Source of the DNA: Thiotrichales bacterium
GTDB taxonomy: Bacteria; Pseudomonadota; Gammaproteobacteria; UWMA-0217
Direction: 5' to 3'
Length of the DNA stretch: 64,000 nucleotides
Assembly (NCBI GenBank): GCA_050329935.1
Contig: JBHJOI010000032.1
Span: forward strand, 61,350-125,349
Under the pieces are notes generated by a model. That model was not told where the DNA came from. It did not search any database and saw nothing but the letters and a program-made list of their open reading frames with translations. The position numbers and the translations under genes are program-made. Below are positions 53,301 to 63,250 of the stretch, piece by piece; position 1 is the first letter of the stretch; the number at the start of each line of letters is the position of its first letter.

Positions 53301-54503
53301 TCAATCGACCAGGTAACGCGCGACGCGATAGCGCAACCCACGCTCAACGGGCTGGTTGATCAGCAGCGCAAACGGCGCCCAGTCTTTTCCCGACTCAACG
53401 TAGCCTGCGTAGCAGCTGACATTGGTCAGGGTGCCGGTTTTGGCCAGGATCGAGCGTTGGTTCGATGGCATCAGGTCGCGGTAGGGTTTGAAATATTGCA
53501 ATAAAGTGACGAGCTGACGGGCGGTGAATCGGTTACGGCGCGACAGGCCGGACCCTTCCACCATATCGAACTCTTCCCAATCAAAGATCGCGCGAATCCG
53601 TTCCTGGGCATAACGTTGAGACTTTTCCAGCGTTGCCGGTCCGCCATAGGTCTGTGCACCCAGCATCAAAAAAAGTTGATTCGCGATGAAATTATTGGAC
53701 GACTTCAACATGCCGCGAACGACTTCTTGCAGGTTATGGCTATTGAAATGGCGATACACACGTTTGCTACCCTTGGGAACCACACCGAGTTTGACCGGTT
53801 CGCCAACCGCGACGCCGATGCCGACCAATTTCGCGCGCATCAACTCGGCGAAATATTGCGGTGCGCGACGCGGATCGCCGAGGTTCAGTCGTTGCTCGCC
53901 GGGTTCGGCAAACGCTTGCGCAAGCTCGTGAACGATCGGCGTCAACGGCGTTTGTGGTTCGGCGCTACTTAGCCCCGTTTCAGGGTCGTTAATAAAATAA
54001 ACTGTGTTGAAATTGGCGGAAACAGCACCGACGGGTGCGTCATAGGGGCTCAGGCTCCTGTCGCCGCCATCGATCGAGATATTTTTCGAAAAGTAAGTGC
54101 CGTCGATTCCGATACCTGATACTCGCTTGACTCCCGCTTTCTTCAACCGTGTGGCGATTCGCGACAGTTCCTCGGAGATCAGGTAGGGATCCCCGTAGCC
54201 CTTGATCCAGAGAAACTTTTTCTTGTCGATGTAGAAATCGGTATGAAATCGAAAGTCCCGGCCCCAGTGTTCCAGCGCCAGGAGTGCGGTCATAATCTTG
54301 AGCGTCGACGCCGGTACCATGAATTCGTCCGGGCGTACCGAGATCTTTTCGTTGCCCAGGTGGTCGAGCACGAGAAGACTCGAGTGTTTGAGTCCCGTGA
54401 TACTCTCCAGCGGCGACGCGGGCGCCGCCCTGGGTGACTGAGGGCTTACCGCGAATAACATCGCGATCACGAGGACGAGATGCTTGAAGAAGCTTGTTCG
54501 CAT
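53301..54503 (-). CDS. dacB: D-alanyl-D-alanine carboxypeptidase/endopeptidase (PBP4 / DacB, S13 family)
   Basis: Signal peptide; SxxK active site (PASTLKIMTALLAL); ...KTGTL... KTG motif; 400 aa. Confidence 0.8.
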   Translation of the reverse strand: MRTSFFKHLVLVIAMLFAVSPQSPRAAPASPLESITGLKHSSLLVLDHLGNEKISVRPDEFMVPASTLKIMTALLALEHWGRDFRFHTDFYIDKKKFLWIKGYGDPYLISEELSRIATRLKKAGVKRVSGIGIDGTYFSKNISIDGGDRSLSPYDAPVGAVSANFNTVYFINDPETGLSSAEPQTPLTPIVHELAQAFAEPGEQRLNLGDPRRAPQYFAELMRAKLVGIGVAVGEPVKLGVVPKGSKRVYRHFNSHNLQEVVRGMLKSSNNFIANQLFLMLGAQTYGGPATLEKSQRYAQERIRAIFDWEEFDMVEGSGLSRRNRFTARQLVTLLQYFKPYRDLMPSNQRSILAKTGTLTNVSCYAGYVESGKDWAPFALLINQPVERGLRYRVARYLVD

Positions 54504-54744
54504 TGGGAGTTATTCGTTGTTTTCCGGCGTGAGCATCATGCCCGCGTTCTCAAACCAGAAGCATAGCCGGCTTGGCGCCCGATCGCTGTGAAGCGAATCA
54601 TAAGTCGGGCAGGGCGATTGGAAAATGGTCCATTTAACGCCCGCGTGAGCCGATCCGAAACCACTCTCCGCGGGCGCGGGCAACCCACCCCCGCACCGTC
54701 GCGCGTCACGCGCTCGCTCCGGGCGCTAATGGGGCGGCTGCTAA

Positions 54745-55728
54745 CTAGGCGATTGCCTGATAGTACAGATTCTGCGGATGATTGGCTTCGGCGAAAAAAT
54801 ACCAGCGCTCGGCCAGCAGGCCGACATACTGCACGACAAACGCGATCAGCGGCAGATAATGTATCCCGACTTCCGAGTAAGCCGCGATTAGTAGCGTCAC
54901 CGGCAACACGAAGGCCAGGACCATGAAGCCCCATTTGACGCCCTTGACGAACATCGGACGCTTGCCGTGAAAGAACTCGCGCGTGTTGAATGATCCGCTC
55001 ATAAACCCTTGAGACTTCTGTCGAATGCGCGGGTGGCGAACACCGATCGCGGTGCGCAGCGTGGACTTGGGGCGCAACCCGCGGTTGCGAATCAGTGACG
55101 TGACGCGTGCGATCATCGCGAGCACAGTGAGCACGATGGCCCAGCCGGTAAAGAATCCGGCAATTTCGTTGCCGGTTACGTCGGTGAGCGCGGCGGCCAG
55201 GGTGAAACCCGAGGCGCCGCCCAACAACAGATAGTTGATGAGGGTCAGCGCGCTATGCCACTCCTGGAGAAACCTCAGGCTGGCGTAAATCATCGCCGTA
55301 CAGAGGTAGAGTGCGAACACCGCAAGCATCGCGAGGACACCGACGATCAACGTCAGATCGACCGGTTTGCCGCCCGGTAGGGTAAATAGGGGCCGCTCGA
55401 GTTCAAGATAGTGCGAGGCGCCGAAAATGAAAATCAGAAACATCGCGATCGGCAACACAATAACCTCGCGCGAGAGCCATGATGTGCGCCATTGCGTCGC
55501 ACTCCGCCAGGCTCGCTCTGGGCGGCCGAGGTGGAAAAACGACGCGATCAGACCGGCGACGAGCAGTAGCAATGCCACCAGACTTCCGGGTCCATAGAAA
55601 TCCGGGCCGCTTTGGGTGGGCAATAGACCATCCCACGCGTAAATCTGTGCCGTGAATAACGCGAGGTACAACCCCTGGCCTGCGCCGATGAGGGTTGTAA
55701 GCAGGATCACTGAAAGAGCAGGATGCAT
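54745..55728 (-). CDS. soeC: NrfD/PsrC-type polytopic membrane anchor of a complex iron-sulfur molybdoenzyme; best fit sulfite dehydrogenase subunit SoeC
   Basis: 327 aa with about 8 TM helices; last gene of the three-gene operon. Confidence 0.6.
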   Translation of the reverse strand: MHPALSVILLTTLIGAGQGLYLALFTAQIYAWDGLLPTQSGPDFYGPGSLVALLLLVAGLIASFFHLGRPERAWRSATQWRTSWLSREVIVLPIAMFLIFIFGASHYLELERPLFTLPGGKPVDLTLIVGVLAMLAVFALYLCTAMIYASLRFLQEWHSALTLINYLLLGGASGFTLAAALTDVTGNEIAGFFTGWAIVLTVLAMIARVTSLIRNRGLRPKSTLRTAIGVRHPRIRQKSQGFMSGSFNTREFFHGKRPMFVKGVKWGFMVLAFVLPVTLLIAAYSEVGIHYLPLIAFVVQYVGLLAERWYFFAEANHPQNLYYQAIA

Positions 55729-55748
55729 GGTGTCTCCGAAGGAACGCT

Positions 55749-56477
55749 TTACCAGGCCACGTCGTCCAGCGTAGGTCTGTCGCTGACGCTCGATTTGCGC
55801 AGGTCTTCTTTCTTGAGGGGGTTATCGGCGCGTACGAGTTCGTCGGCGTGGATGCGGATCTGCGTTTTGCGGCGCGGCAAATAATGATTGGCAGGATTGG
55901 TGCCCCACTCCGGCATAAGCTGATAGCCGCCATTGTCGCGTATCGCGAGTGATACCGCGGAGTCTGGGTCATGGACATCACCGTACAAGCGCGCGCTGGT
56001 TGGGCACGCGAGCACGCAGGCCGGCTTGCGTTCACTCTCGGGCAGCGCCGTGTCGTACAGGCGGTCGACGCACAAGGTGCATTTTTTCATCACCTTTTGT
56101 TTTTCATCGAGTTCGCGTACGCCGTACGGGCAGGCCCAGGAGCAGTATTTGCAGCCGATGCATTTGTCGTAATCAACCAGCACGATACCGTCCTCCGGGC
56201 GCTTGTAGCTCGCGCCGGTCGGGCATACGGGGACGCAGGGCGGATCCTCGCAGTGGAGGCAGCTTTTCGGAAAGTGAACCGTTTCAGTCTTCGGAAACTC
56301 TCCGACTTCGAATGTTTGTACGCGGTTGAAAAACGTGCCGGTCGGATCGGCGGCGTAGGGATTGAAGTCGGTCATCGGTCCCGCGCTACCGGAGGTGTTC
56401 CATTCCTTGCAGCTGGTGACACAGGCATGGCAACCGACACACACATTCAAGTCGATGACTAACGCGAGCTGGGTCAT
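55749..56477 (-). CDS. soeB: four-cluster [4Fe-4S] ferredoxin subunit; best fit SoeB
   Basis: Four Cys clusters (CVGCHACVTSC, CLHCEDPPCVPVCP, CIGCKYCSWACP, CTLC...CVLACP); 242 aa. Confidence 0.6.
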   Translation of the reverse strand: MTQLALVIDLNVCVGCHACVTSCKEWNTSGSAGPMTDFNPYAADPTGTFFNRVQTFEVGEFPKTETVHFPKSCLHCEDPPCVPVCPTGASYKRPEDGIVLVDYDKCIGCKYCSWACPYGVRELDEKQKVMKKCTLCVDRLYDTALPESERKPACVLACPTSARLYGDVHDPDSAVSLAIRDNGGYQLMPEWGTNPANHYLPRRKTQIRIHADELVRADNPLKKEDLRKSSVSDRPTLDDVAW

Positions 56478-56483
56478 GGTGTT

Positions 56484-59384
56484 CTACGCTCCCGATTTCT
56501 TACCGAACTTGCCGGCGATGTAGGCTTGCCACTTCCCGCGCCGCCGCTCCATCCCCGGAAAGGATGGCAGCGGATTGAACTGAGGCCAGCTTTGCTTGGG
56601 TTCGTCCGCCTCGGCTTTGTAAACGCGCACGCGTACGTCGTACCAGCCCGCTTGACCCGTCACCGGATCGGAGTTCGAGATCGTCATGCCTTCGACGCCC
56701 GTGGGCAGCTCCTCGGTAATGATGTGGTTCAACAGAAATCCCTTTTGCGACTCATTGGCTTTCGGATGTAATGCCCATGCCCCGGACGCCTTGCCGATCG
56801 CATTCCAGGTCCACACCGTGCCGGGTTCGACCGCTTCGCTGAACATGCACATGCAGCGGACTTTGCCCCAGGGCGATTCAACCCAGACCCAGTCGCTTTC
56901 CTTGAAGCCATTGGCCTTGCCGAGCAGCGGATTCAGGTAAAGGTAGTTATGGGTATGGATCTGCCGCAGCCATGCGTTCTGCGAATCCCACGAGTGATAC
57001 ATCGCCATTGGGCGCTGGGTGATCGCATTGAGCGGGTACTTCTGCGTATCGATGCGCTGCGACTCGAGTGGCTCGTGATAAAAGGGCAGCGGATCGAAAT
57101 AGGTGCGCACACGCTCGCGCAGGCGTTGCGGCGGCTGGCGTCCATCCGATTTGCCCTCGGCCGCGAGTCGAAACTTCTGCAACACCTCGGAGTAGATGTG
57201 GATGTTGATGGGCTCGGCATAGCGAGTCATGCCGTGGTCCTGAGCCCATTGCAGGTAGCCCTGGTTCCAGTTGCGCATGTATTGGAACGATCGCGGCAAC
57301 TCGTAATGGAATACGCAGTTGTTATTGGCATACATTTCCCACTGGCGCGGATTGGGCTCCCCGCGCAGGAATTTCTCGCCGCCCTTGCCGCGCCACCCGG
57401 CCAGAAAACCAATTCCGGATCCTGGCGCACTCTCGTAGTTGATAATGAAGTCGCGATAATCCCGAAACTTTCGCGAGCCGTCGGCTTGGGTAAACGCCGG
57501 CAGTTGCAGTCGCGTACCGAGTTCGATCATTACCTCCTGAAACGGTTTGCACTCACCCTTCGGCGGGACGACAGGGATTCGCACCGAATCGACCGGCCCG
57601 TCGTACTCTGAGATCGGGCGATCGAGCATCGACATGACATCGTGGCGTTCGAGATAGGTCGTGTCGGGCAACACCAGATCGGCGAACGCGACCGTCTCCG
57701 ACTGGAAGGTGTCGCATACCACGAGAAACGGAATCCGGTATTCGCCGGCCTCATCCTTGTCGGTCAACATCTCGCGCACGCGCGCGGTGTTCATCGAAGA
57801 GTTCCAGGCCATATTGGCCATGAACAACAGCAAGGTGTCGATCCGATAGGGATCGCCGCGCCATGCGTTGGTGATCGCATTGTGCATCAGGCCGTGCACC
57901 GACAGCGGGTATTCCCACGAAAACGCCTTGTCGATCCGCAACGGTTCGCCGTCCTCACTGACGAACAGGTCATCCGGATCCGCCGGCCAGCCCAGTGGCA
58001 TCCCATTCAAAATCTCACCGGGGACTACGTCCGCTTCGCTCCTTGGCGGCTTCGGGCAGGGCGGAATCGGGCGCGGAAACGGTGCCTTGTGGCGAAAACC
58101 GCCCGGCCGATCGATCGTGCCAAGCAGGGTCATCAGGATGCCGAGTGCCCGGATCGTGTGAAAGCCATTGGAGTGTGCGGCCAACCCGCGCATCGCGTGA
58201 AACGCGACCGGATTGCCGATCACCGAGTTGTGTTCCTTGCCCCAGGCATCGGTCCACGCAATCGGCAGCTCGATCTGCTGATCTCTTGCGGTCACGCCCA
58301 TTTCGTGCGCCAAGCGTCGAATCGTTTCGGCCGGAATTCCGGTGATTCCCGCCGCCCACTCGGGCGTGTATTGCTCAACACGCTCCTTCAGCAGTTGGAA
58401 CGACGGTTTGACCGGTGTGCCGTCATCCCAACGGAATTCGCCGAGCAGATAGGGGTCGGCACCCTCGGTGTGGGTCGAAATGGGACGGTTCAGCTCGCGG
58501 TCCCACCACAACTTGTTCTGCGGGTCGAAGCAACCCTCCTCGGGGGGGATCTCGAAGCGCAAGAACATGCCGAACTCGCTACTCTTGGGGTCGAGATTCA
58601 CCAACTCGGGGGCGTTGGTGTAACGCACCAGGTAGTCGCGATCGTAAAGGCCCTGCTTGATGATCTCGTGAATCATCGCCAGCAACAGCGCGCCGTCGGT
58701 GCCCGGCTTTATCGGCACCCATTCATCGGCGATCGCCGAATAGCCGGTTCGCACCGGGTTGATCGAGATGAACCGTCCGCCCTGGCGTTTGAATTTTGAG
58801 ATTTGCACCTTGAGCGGATTCGAGTGATGGTCCTCGGCGGTGCCGAACATCAATAACAACTTGGCGCGTTCGAGATCCGGGCCGCCGAATTCCCAGAACG
58901 AACCGCCGATCGTGTAGATGAGACCCGCGGCCATGTTGACCGAGCAGAATCCGCCATGCGCCGCATAGTTCGGCGTCCCGAACTGGCGCGCGAATAGCCC
59001 GGTCAACGCCTGCATCTGATCGCGGCCCGTGAAAAGCGCGAAGCGCTTCGGATCCGTTGCGCGAATCTTGCCGAGTCGTTCCGCCAACAGCGAAAACGCC
59101 TCGTCCCAGCTCACGGCCTCAAATTCGCCACTGCCACGCTCCGCGCCGGGTTTACGCCGTAACGGCCGCGTCAGGCGTGCCGGCGAATACTGCTTCATGA
59201 TCCCGGAAGCGCCCTTCGCGCAAATAACGCCTTGGTTCAGAGGATGATTCGGGTTCCCCTCGATATAGCGGACCTCGCCGTTCTCCAGCGTTACCCTGAT
59301 GCCGCAACGGCACGCGCACATATAACATGTGGTGGTTTTGACTTCGCGGCTCGGGGCTTGAACGGATTCCGGCTGGGCGTTCAT
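56484..59384 (-). CDS. soeA: molybdopterin (bis-MGD) oxidoreductase catalytic subunit without a Tat signal; best fit sulfite dehydrogenase SoeA
   Basis: 966 aa; N-terminal FeS motif CYMCACRCG...C; no twin-arginine leader. Subunit sizes of about 108, 27 and 36 kDa and the A-B-C order match the cytoplasm-facing SoeABC. Confidence 0.6.
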   Translation of the reverse strand: MNAQPESVQAPSREVKTTTCYMCACRCGIRVTLENGEVRYIEGNPNHPLNQGVICAKGASGIMKQYSPARLTRPLRRKPGAERGSGEFEAVSWDEAFSLLAERLGKIRATDPKRFALFTGRDQMQALTGLFARQFGTPNYAAHGGFCSVNMAAGLIYTIGGSFWEFGGPDLERAKLLLMFGTAEDHHSNPLKVQISKFKRQGGRFISINPVRTGYSAIADEWVPIKPGTDGALLLAMIHEIIKQGLYDRDYLVRYTNAPELVNLDPKSSEFGMFLRFEIPPEEGCFDPQNKLWWDRELNRPISTHTEGADPYLLGEFRWDDGTPVKPSFQLLKERVEQYTPEWAAGITGIPAETIRRLAHEMGVTARDQQIELPIAWTDAWGKEHNSVIGNPVAFHAMRGLAAHSNGFHTIRALGILMTLLGTIDRPGGFRHKAPFPRPIPPCPKPPRSEADVVPGEILNGMPLGWPADPDDLFVSEDGEPLRIDKAFSWEYPLSVHGLMHNAITNAWRGDPYRIDTLLLFMANMAWNSSMNTARVREMLTDKDEAGEYRIPFLVVCDTFQSETVAFADLVLPDTTYLERHDVMSMLDRPISEYDGPVDSVRIPVVPPKGECKPFQEVMIELGTRLQLPAFTQADGSRKFRDYRDFIINYESAPGSGIGFLAGWRGKGGEKFLRGEPNPRQWEMYANNNCVFHYELPRSFQYMRNWNQGYLQWAQDHGMTRYAEPINIHIYSEVLQKFRLAAEGKSDGRQPPQRLRERVRTYFDPLPFYHEPLESQRIDTQKYPLNAITQRPMAMYHSWDSQNAWLRQIHTHNYLYLNPLLGKANGFKESDWVWVESPWGKVRCMCMFSEAVEPGTVWTWNAIGKASGAWALHPKANESQKGFLLNHIITEELPTGVEGMTISNSDPVTGQAGWYDVRVRVYKAEADEPKQSWPQFNPLPSFPGMERRRGKWQAYIAGKFGKKSGA

Positions 59385-59543
59385 GAGGCGGATTAGTACA
59401 TTAGTAAGTAGCGATAAAGCCTAAGGTACTCCCGTTGCGGTGTCGGGCGGAAATACTTTCTGCTTATTCAAGGATAACTAGAATTTATCCAGATAATTTT
59501 TGTTTATGAGAAAGTGGTTGATCCGATTGGGCGTTGGGCAATC

Positions 59544-59834
59544 CTAGCGCGGATCGACGATGGTCGCTGGGAGTCGCGCCGGCGAATCGATCCGCAGCGT
59601 TTTGTCGCGTGCCGTCGCGCCGCTCACCAGTTCGATCTGCCGCAGGGGCACACCAAACAGCTTGCTGAACAGTTTCGTGATATGGGCGTTGGCCTTGCCG
59701 TTGACGGGAGGCGCCGTGATCCTTAGCCTGATGCGTCCACTCAGAACCTCGCCGAACCCATCGTTTGTGGCCCTGGGGTGGACGCGAATATTGAGGATCA
59801 GGCAGTTGCCATCCCAACGATACCAGTCACCCAC
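59544..59834 (-). CDS. yggU: DUF167 (YggU) family protein
   Basis: ...ITAPPVNGKANAHITKLFSKLFGV...; a start at the internal GTG gives about 96 aa, like YggU; the listed ORF is 15 codons longer. Confidence 0.7.
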   Translation of the reverse strand: MGDWYRWDGNCLILNIRVHPRATNDGFGEVLSGRIRLRITAPPVNGKANAHITKLFSKLFGVPLRQIELVSGATARDKTLRIDSPARLPATIVDPR

Positions 59835-59925
59835 GCCATACGCCCCGCGCGAGGGTGGATTCCACGCAGGGTGAAACACGCCGGCACTGTAACGATTGTT
59901 TGCCTGGCATCGTGAATCCGCGCGA

Positions 59926-60483
59926 TCAGCCGAAGGCGCGAATCACGATCAATAGTATATTCAAGATCAGGATCGCGACCAGCGGCGTGATGTCGATCAT
60001 GCCGATGCGCGGCACGATGCGCGAGAGCGGATGCAGCAACGGCGTATTGATGCTATGCAGAATCGACGCTAGCGGGTTTTGGCGGTCGTAGAACGCGGTG
60101 GGATTGATCCAGGTCAACACCGCCTCGATGATGATCGAGAACATGTAAACGTAGATCAGCATCGAGAGCAGTTGGACGATAGTTGTCCCCGCCAACCACA
60201 TCAGTTCCGGCGTTTTACCCTGGACCACTAGCAATAGCGTGAGCTGGAGCAGCTTCAGGGCGACCATGATGACGACCGCCGCCGTATCGATCCGCCCCAC
60301 CGGCGGCACGACGCGTCGCAGCGGTTTCAGCAGGGGGTTGGTCGCAGTCACGATGAACTGCGAGAACGGATTGTAGAAATCCGCCCGCGATAAACCGAGC
60401 AACATGCGGATCATGAACAGCGCGATAAAAAGCGTGAAAAGCGTGTCGATCAGAAAAAACGCGATTTCGGTCAGAACGTTCAT
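59926..60483 (-). CDS. yggT: YggT family membrane protein
   Basis: 185 aa, two YggT repeats, 4 TM. Confidence 0.85.
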   Translation of the reverse strand: MNVLTEIAFFLIDTLFTLFIALFMIRMLLGLSRADFYNPFSQFIVTATNPLLKPLRRVVPPVGRIDTAAVVIMVALKLLQLTLLLVVQGKTPELMWLAGTTIVQLLSMLIYVYMFSIIIEAVLTWINPTAFYDRQNPLASILHSINTPLLHPLSRIVPRIGMIDITPLVAILILNILLIVIRAFG

Positions 60484-61316
60484 ACGATATCGACTCCAAG
60501 CTGTTCGGCCAGTTCATCCGCCCGCGCCGCGGCGGCGTGCATCGCGCGAGCAAACAGCCCAACCAGATCGCCCGCGTTGAACTCCGCGAGCGCACGTTCG
60601 GTTGTGCCACCCTTGGAGGTCACACGCTCGCGCAGCTCGGCGGGAGTCTCGTTACTTTCGAGGGCCAGCTTGGCCGCGCCAGCGACGGTTTGCAGTGCCA
60701 GGAGACGTGCTGCCTCTGGCGTCAAACCCAGGCCTTCCGCGCCATGCTGGAGCGCTTCCAGGACCAGGAAGACATAGGCAGGTCCACTCCCCGATAGCGC
60801 GGTCACCGCGTCAAGCTGTCGCTCCTCGCTCACCCAAATCGTGATGCCGACGGAGCGCATCAGACGCTCGGCGATCTCGCGTTGCTCATGCGAAACGCTC
60901 GGATTGGCGAACAATCCTGTTGCGCCGCTCATGACCAGCGCGGGTGTATTCGGCATGCAACGTACGATGGGGAGGTCGCCCCCCAACCAGCGTTCGATAT
61001 CCGCGCTGCGGACCCCGGCGGCGATCGAAACAATCAGCGGCCGGTGCGTTTGCACGCCGCCGCGAATCGAACGCGCGACTTGCTGCAGGACTTGCGGTTT
61101 GACCGCGAGCACCACCACGTCGACGTTCGCCGCGATCTGTTGCCCGTCGGGGTGGACGTGTAGCGCCGGGTTCAATGCCTGGACACGGTCGCGTTGTGCC
61201 GGGTCCGGATCCGCGATGTGGAGCGTGCTGGCGGGCCAGGCGTTCGTGAGAAGCCCGCCAACGAGGCTGCGCGACATATTGCCGCCACCAATGAAGCCTA
61301 AGCGTAGCGTTTGCAT
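60480..61316 (-). CDS. proC: pyrroline-5-carboxylate reductase
   Basis: MQTLRLGFIGGGNMS... Rossmann motif; 278 aa from the internal ATG. Confidence 0.9.
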   Translation of the reverse strand: MQTLRLGFIGGGNMSRSLVGGLLTNAWPASTLHIADPDPAQRDRVQALNPALHVHPDGQQIAANVDVVVLAVKPQVLQQVARSIRGGVQTHRPLIVSIAAGVRSADIERWLGGDLPIVRCMPNTPALVMSGATGLFANPSVSHEQREIAERLMRSVGITIWVSEERQLDAVTALSGSGPAYVFLVLEALQHGAEGLGLTPEAARLLALQTVAGAAKLALESNETPAELRERVTSKGGTTERALAEFNAGDLVGLFARAMHAAAARADELAEQLGVDIV

Positions 61317-61371
61317 CGATCTGCCGTATGAGTGTGACGGGCCGGTATTGTACGCAAGGCGAGGTTGAGTT

Positions 61372-62067
61372 TCAGTGCCGTGCGCCAAAAATCGCGGTGC
61401 CGATGCGAATCAACGTCGCGCCTTCCGCGATCGCGGCCCGGTAGTCGCCGGACATGCCCATCGACAGGGTGTCGAGGGCCAGTCCCGCGTCGCGCAGTTC
61501 CATAAGCGCGCCGTGTAGCCGTCGGAAAGGCGTGCGTTGGTCGGACGTCTCGGCGTCTGGGCGGGGGATGCACATCAAGCCGCGCAATCGTAAACGCGCG
61601 GGGTCGAGCGCCGCTACCTGGCGAGCGAGCGCGGGCAGCTCGTCCACGGCAACCCCTGATTTACTCGTCTCCTTATCGATATTGACCTGCAAGCAGACTT
61701 GAAGCGCCGGCCGTTCCAGCGGTCGGTGCGCGACCAGTCGCTCGGCGATTTGAATCCGATCGACGCTGTGTACCCAGGCCGCATGTGCGGCGATCAAGCG
61801 CGTCTTGTTACTTTGAATCGGGCCGACGAAATGCCATTCGATCGCAAGATCGGCGAGCTGTCGGGCCTTGTCGGTCAGTTCCTGCGCGTAGTTTTCGCCA
61901 AAGGCGCGTTGACCGCATGCATAGGCCGCTCTAATTCGGTCCACCGAATGAGTTTTGCTGACGGCGATCAGGCGTACCGAATCGTCGGAACGACCGCTCT
62001 CCGCGACACATCGCTGGATTTCTTGTCGTAATTGTTGCAAGTGTTGACACAAAGCATCGTAAGGCAT
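61372..62067 (-). CDS. yggS: YggS-family PLP-binding homeostasis protein
   Basis: ...RLIAVSKTHS... (PLP Lys), ...HFVGPIQSNK...; 232 aa from the internal ATG. Confidence 0.85.
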   Translation of the reverse strand: MPYDALCQHLQQLRQEIQRCVAESGRSDDSVRLIAVSKTHSVDRIRAAYACGQRAFGENYAQELTDKARQLADLAIEWHFVGPIQSNKTRLIAAHAAWVHSVDRIQIAERLVAHRPLERPALQVCLQVNIDKETSKSGVAVDELPALARQVAALDPARLRLRGLMCIPRPDAETSDQRTPFRRLHGALMELRDAGLALDTLSMGMSGDYRAAIAEGATLIRIGTAIFGARH

Positions 62068-62173
62068 GTGACTCGATTCGTGTACACGAGGCATGTCGGT
62101 GTTGTACAAACTGAAACTGTGACGACGTGGAACCGGTGTGGTCACGCATCCCCCTAGCTCAGGTCAGGTCGAT

Positions 62174-63208
62174 ATGGATATTACGCAGCTTCTCGCGTTT
62201 GGTGTCAAAAACGGCGCATCGGATTTGCATCTCTCCGCGGGCTTACCGCCGATGGTGCGGATCGACGGTGATATACGACGCCTCAATGCCGCGCCGTTGT
62301 CACATAAAGACGTCCACGCGATGGTCTACGACATCATGTCCGACAAGCAACGGAAGGACTACGAGGAATTTCTCGAAACGGATTTCTCGTTCGAGGTCAA
62401 GGAGCTGGCGCGTTTCCGGGTCAATGCCTTTACCCACGATCGCGGCGCCGGCGCGGTATTCCGGACCATTCCCTCGCGCGTGCTGTCGCTTGAGGACCTG
62501 GACGCGCCGGAAGTCTTCAAGAAGATCTCCGGCCTGCCACGCGGCCTGGTGTTGGTGACCGGCCCCACCGGTTCGGGCAAATCGACCACCTTGGCGGCGA
62601 TGATCAACCACAAGAACGACAGCGAATTCGGCCATATACTGACCATCGAGGATCCGATCGAGTTCGTCCACGAATCTAAAAAGTGCTTGGTCAATCAGCG
62701 CGAGGTGCACCGCGATACGCACAGTTTCAATGCCGCGCTACGTTCGGCGCTACGCGAGGATCCTGACACGATTCTAGTGGGCGAGATGCGCGATCTGGAG
62801 ACCATCCGGCTTGCCCTGACCGCGGCCGAGACGGGCCACCTAGTGTTCGGAACGCTGCATACGACCTCGGCGGCTAAAACGATCGACCGGATCGTCGACG
62901 TGTTTCCCGCCGAGGAAAAGGACATGGTCCGAGCCATGCTCTCGGAGTCGTTGCGCGCGGTCATCTCGCAGACCCTGCTCAAGAAAGTCGGCGGCGGACG
63001 CGTCGCAGCGCACGAAATCATGATCGGCACGCCTGCGATCCGCAACCTGATCCGCGAAGGAAAGATTGCGCAAATGTATTCCGCGATCCAGACTGGGCAA
63101 CGCGAGGGCATGATCACGCTGGATCAAGGTCTTAAAAATCTGTTGGCTAAAGGCATCGTGACGCGCGAAGAGGCTCGGCTTCGAGCCGTCTCGCCCGATT
63201 CGCTGTAG
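62174..63208 (+). CDS. pilT: type IV pilus retraction ATPase PilT
   Basis: MDITQLLAFGVKNGASDLHLSAG..., Walker A GPTGSGKST; 344 aa, as in P. aeruginosa PilT. Confidence 0.95.
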   Translation: MDITQLLAFGVKNGASDLHLSAGLPPMVRIDGDIRRLNAAPLSHKDVHAMVYDIMSDKQRKDYEEFLETDFSFEVKELARFRVNAFTHDRGAGAVFRTIPSRVLSLEDLDAPEVFKKISGLPRGLVLVTGPTGSGKSTTLAAMINHKNDSEFGHILTIEDPIEFVHESKKCLVNQREVHRDTHSFNAALRSALREDPDTILVGEMRDLETIRLALTAAETGHLVFGTLHTTSAAKTIDRIVDVFPAEEKDMVRAMLSESLRAVISQTLLKKVGGGRVAAHEIMIGTPAIRNLIREGKIAQMYSAIQTGQREGMITLDQGLKNLLAKGIVTREEARLRAVSPDSL

Positions 63209-63250
63209 ATTCGGATCGCCCGCAACCCCAGATCTGACAGGAAATCCACG

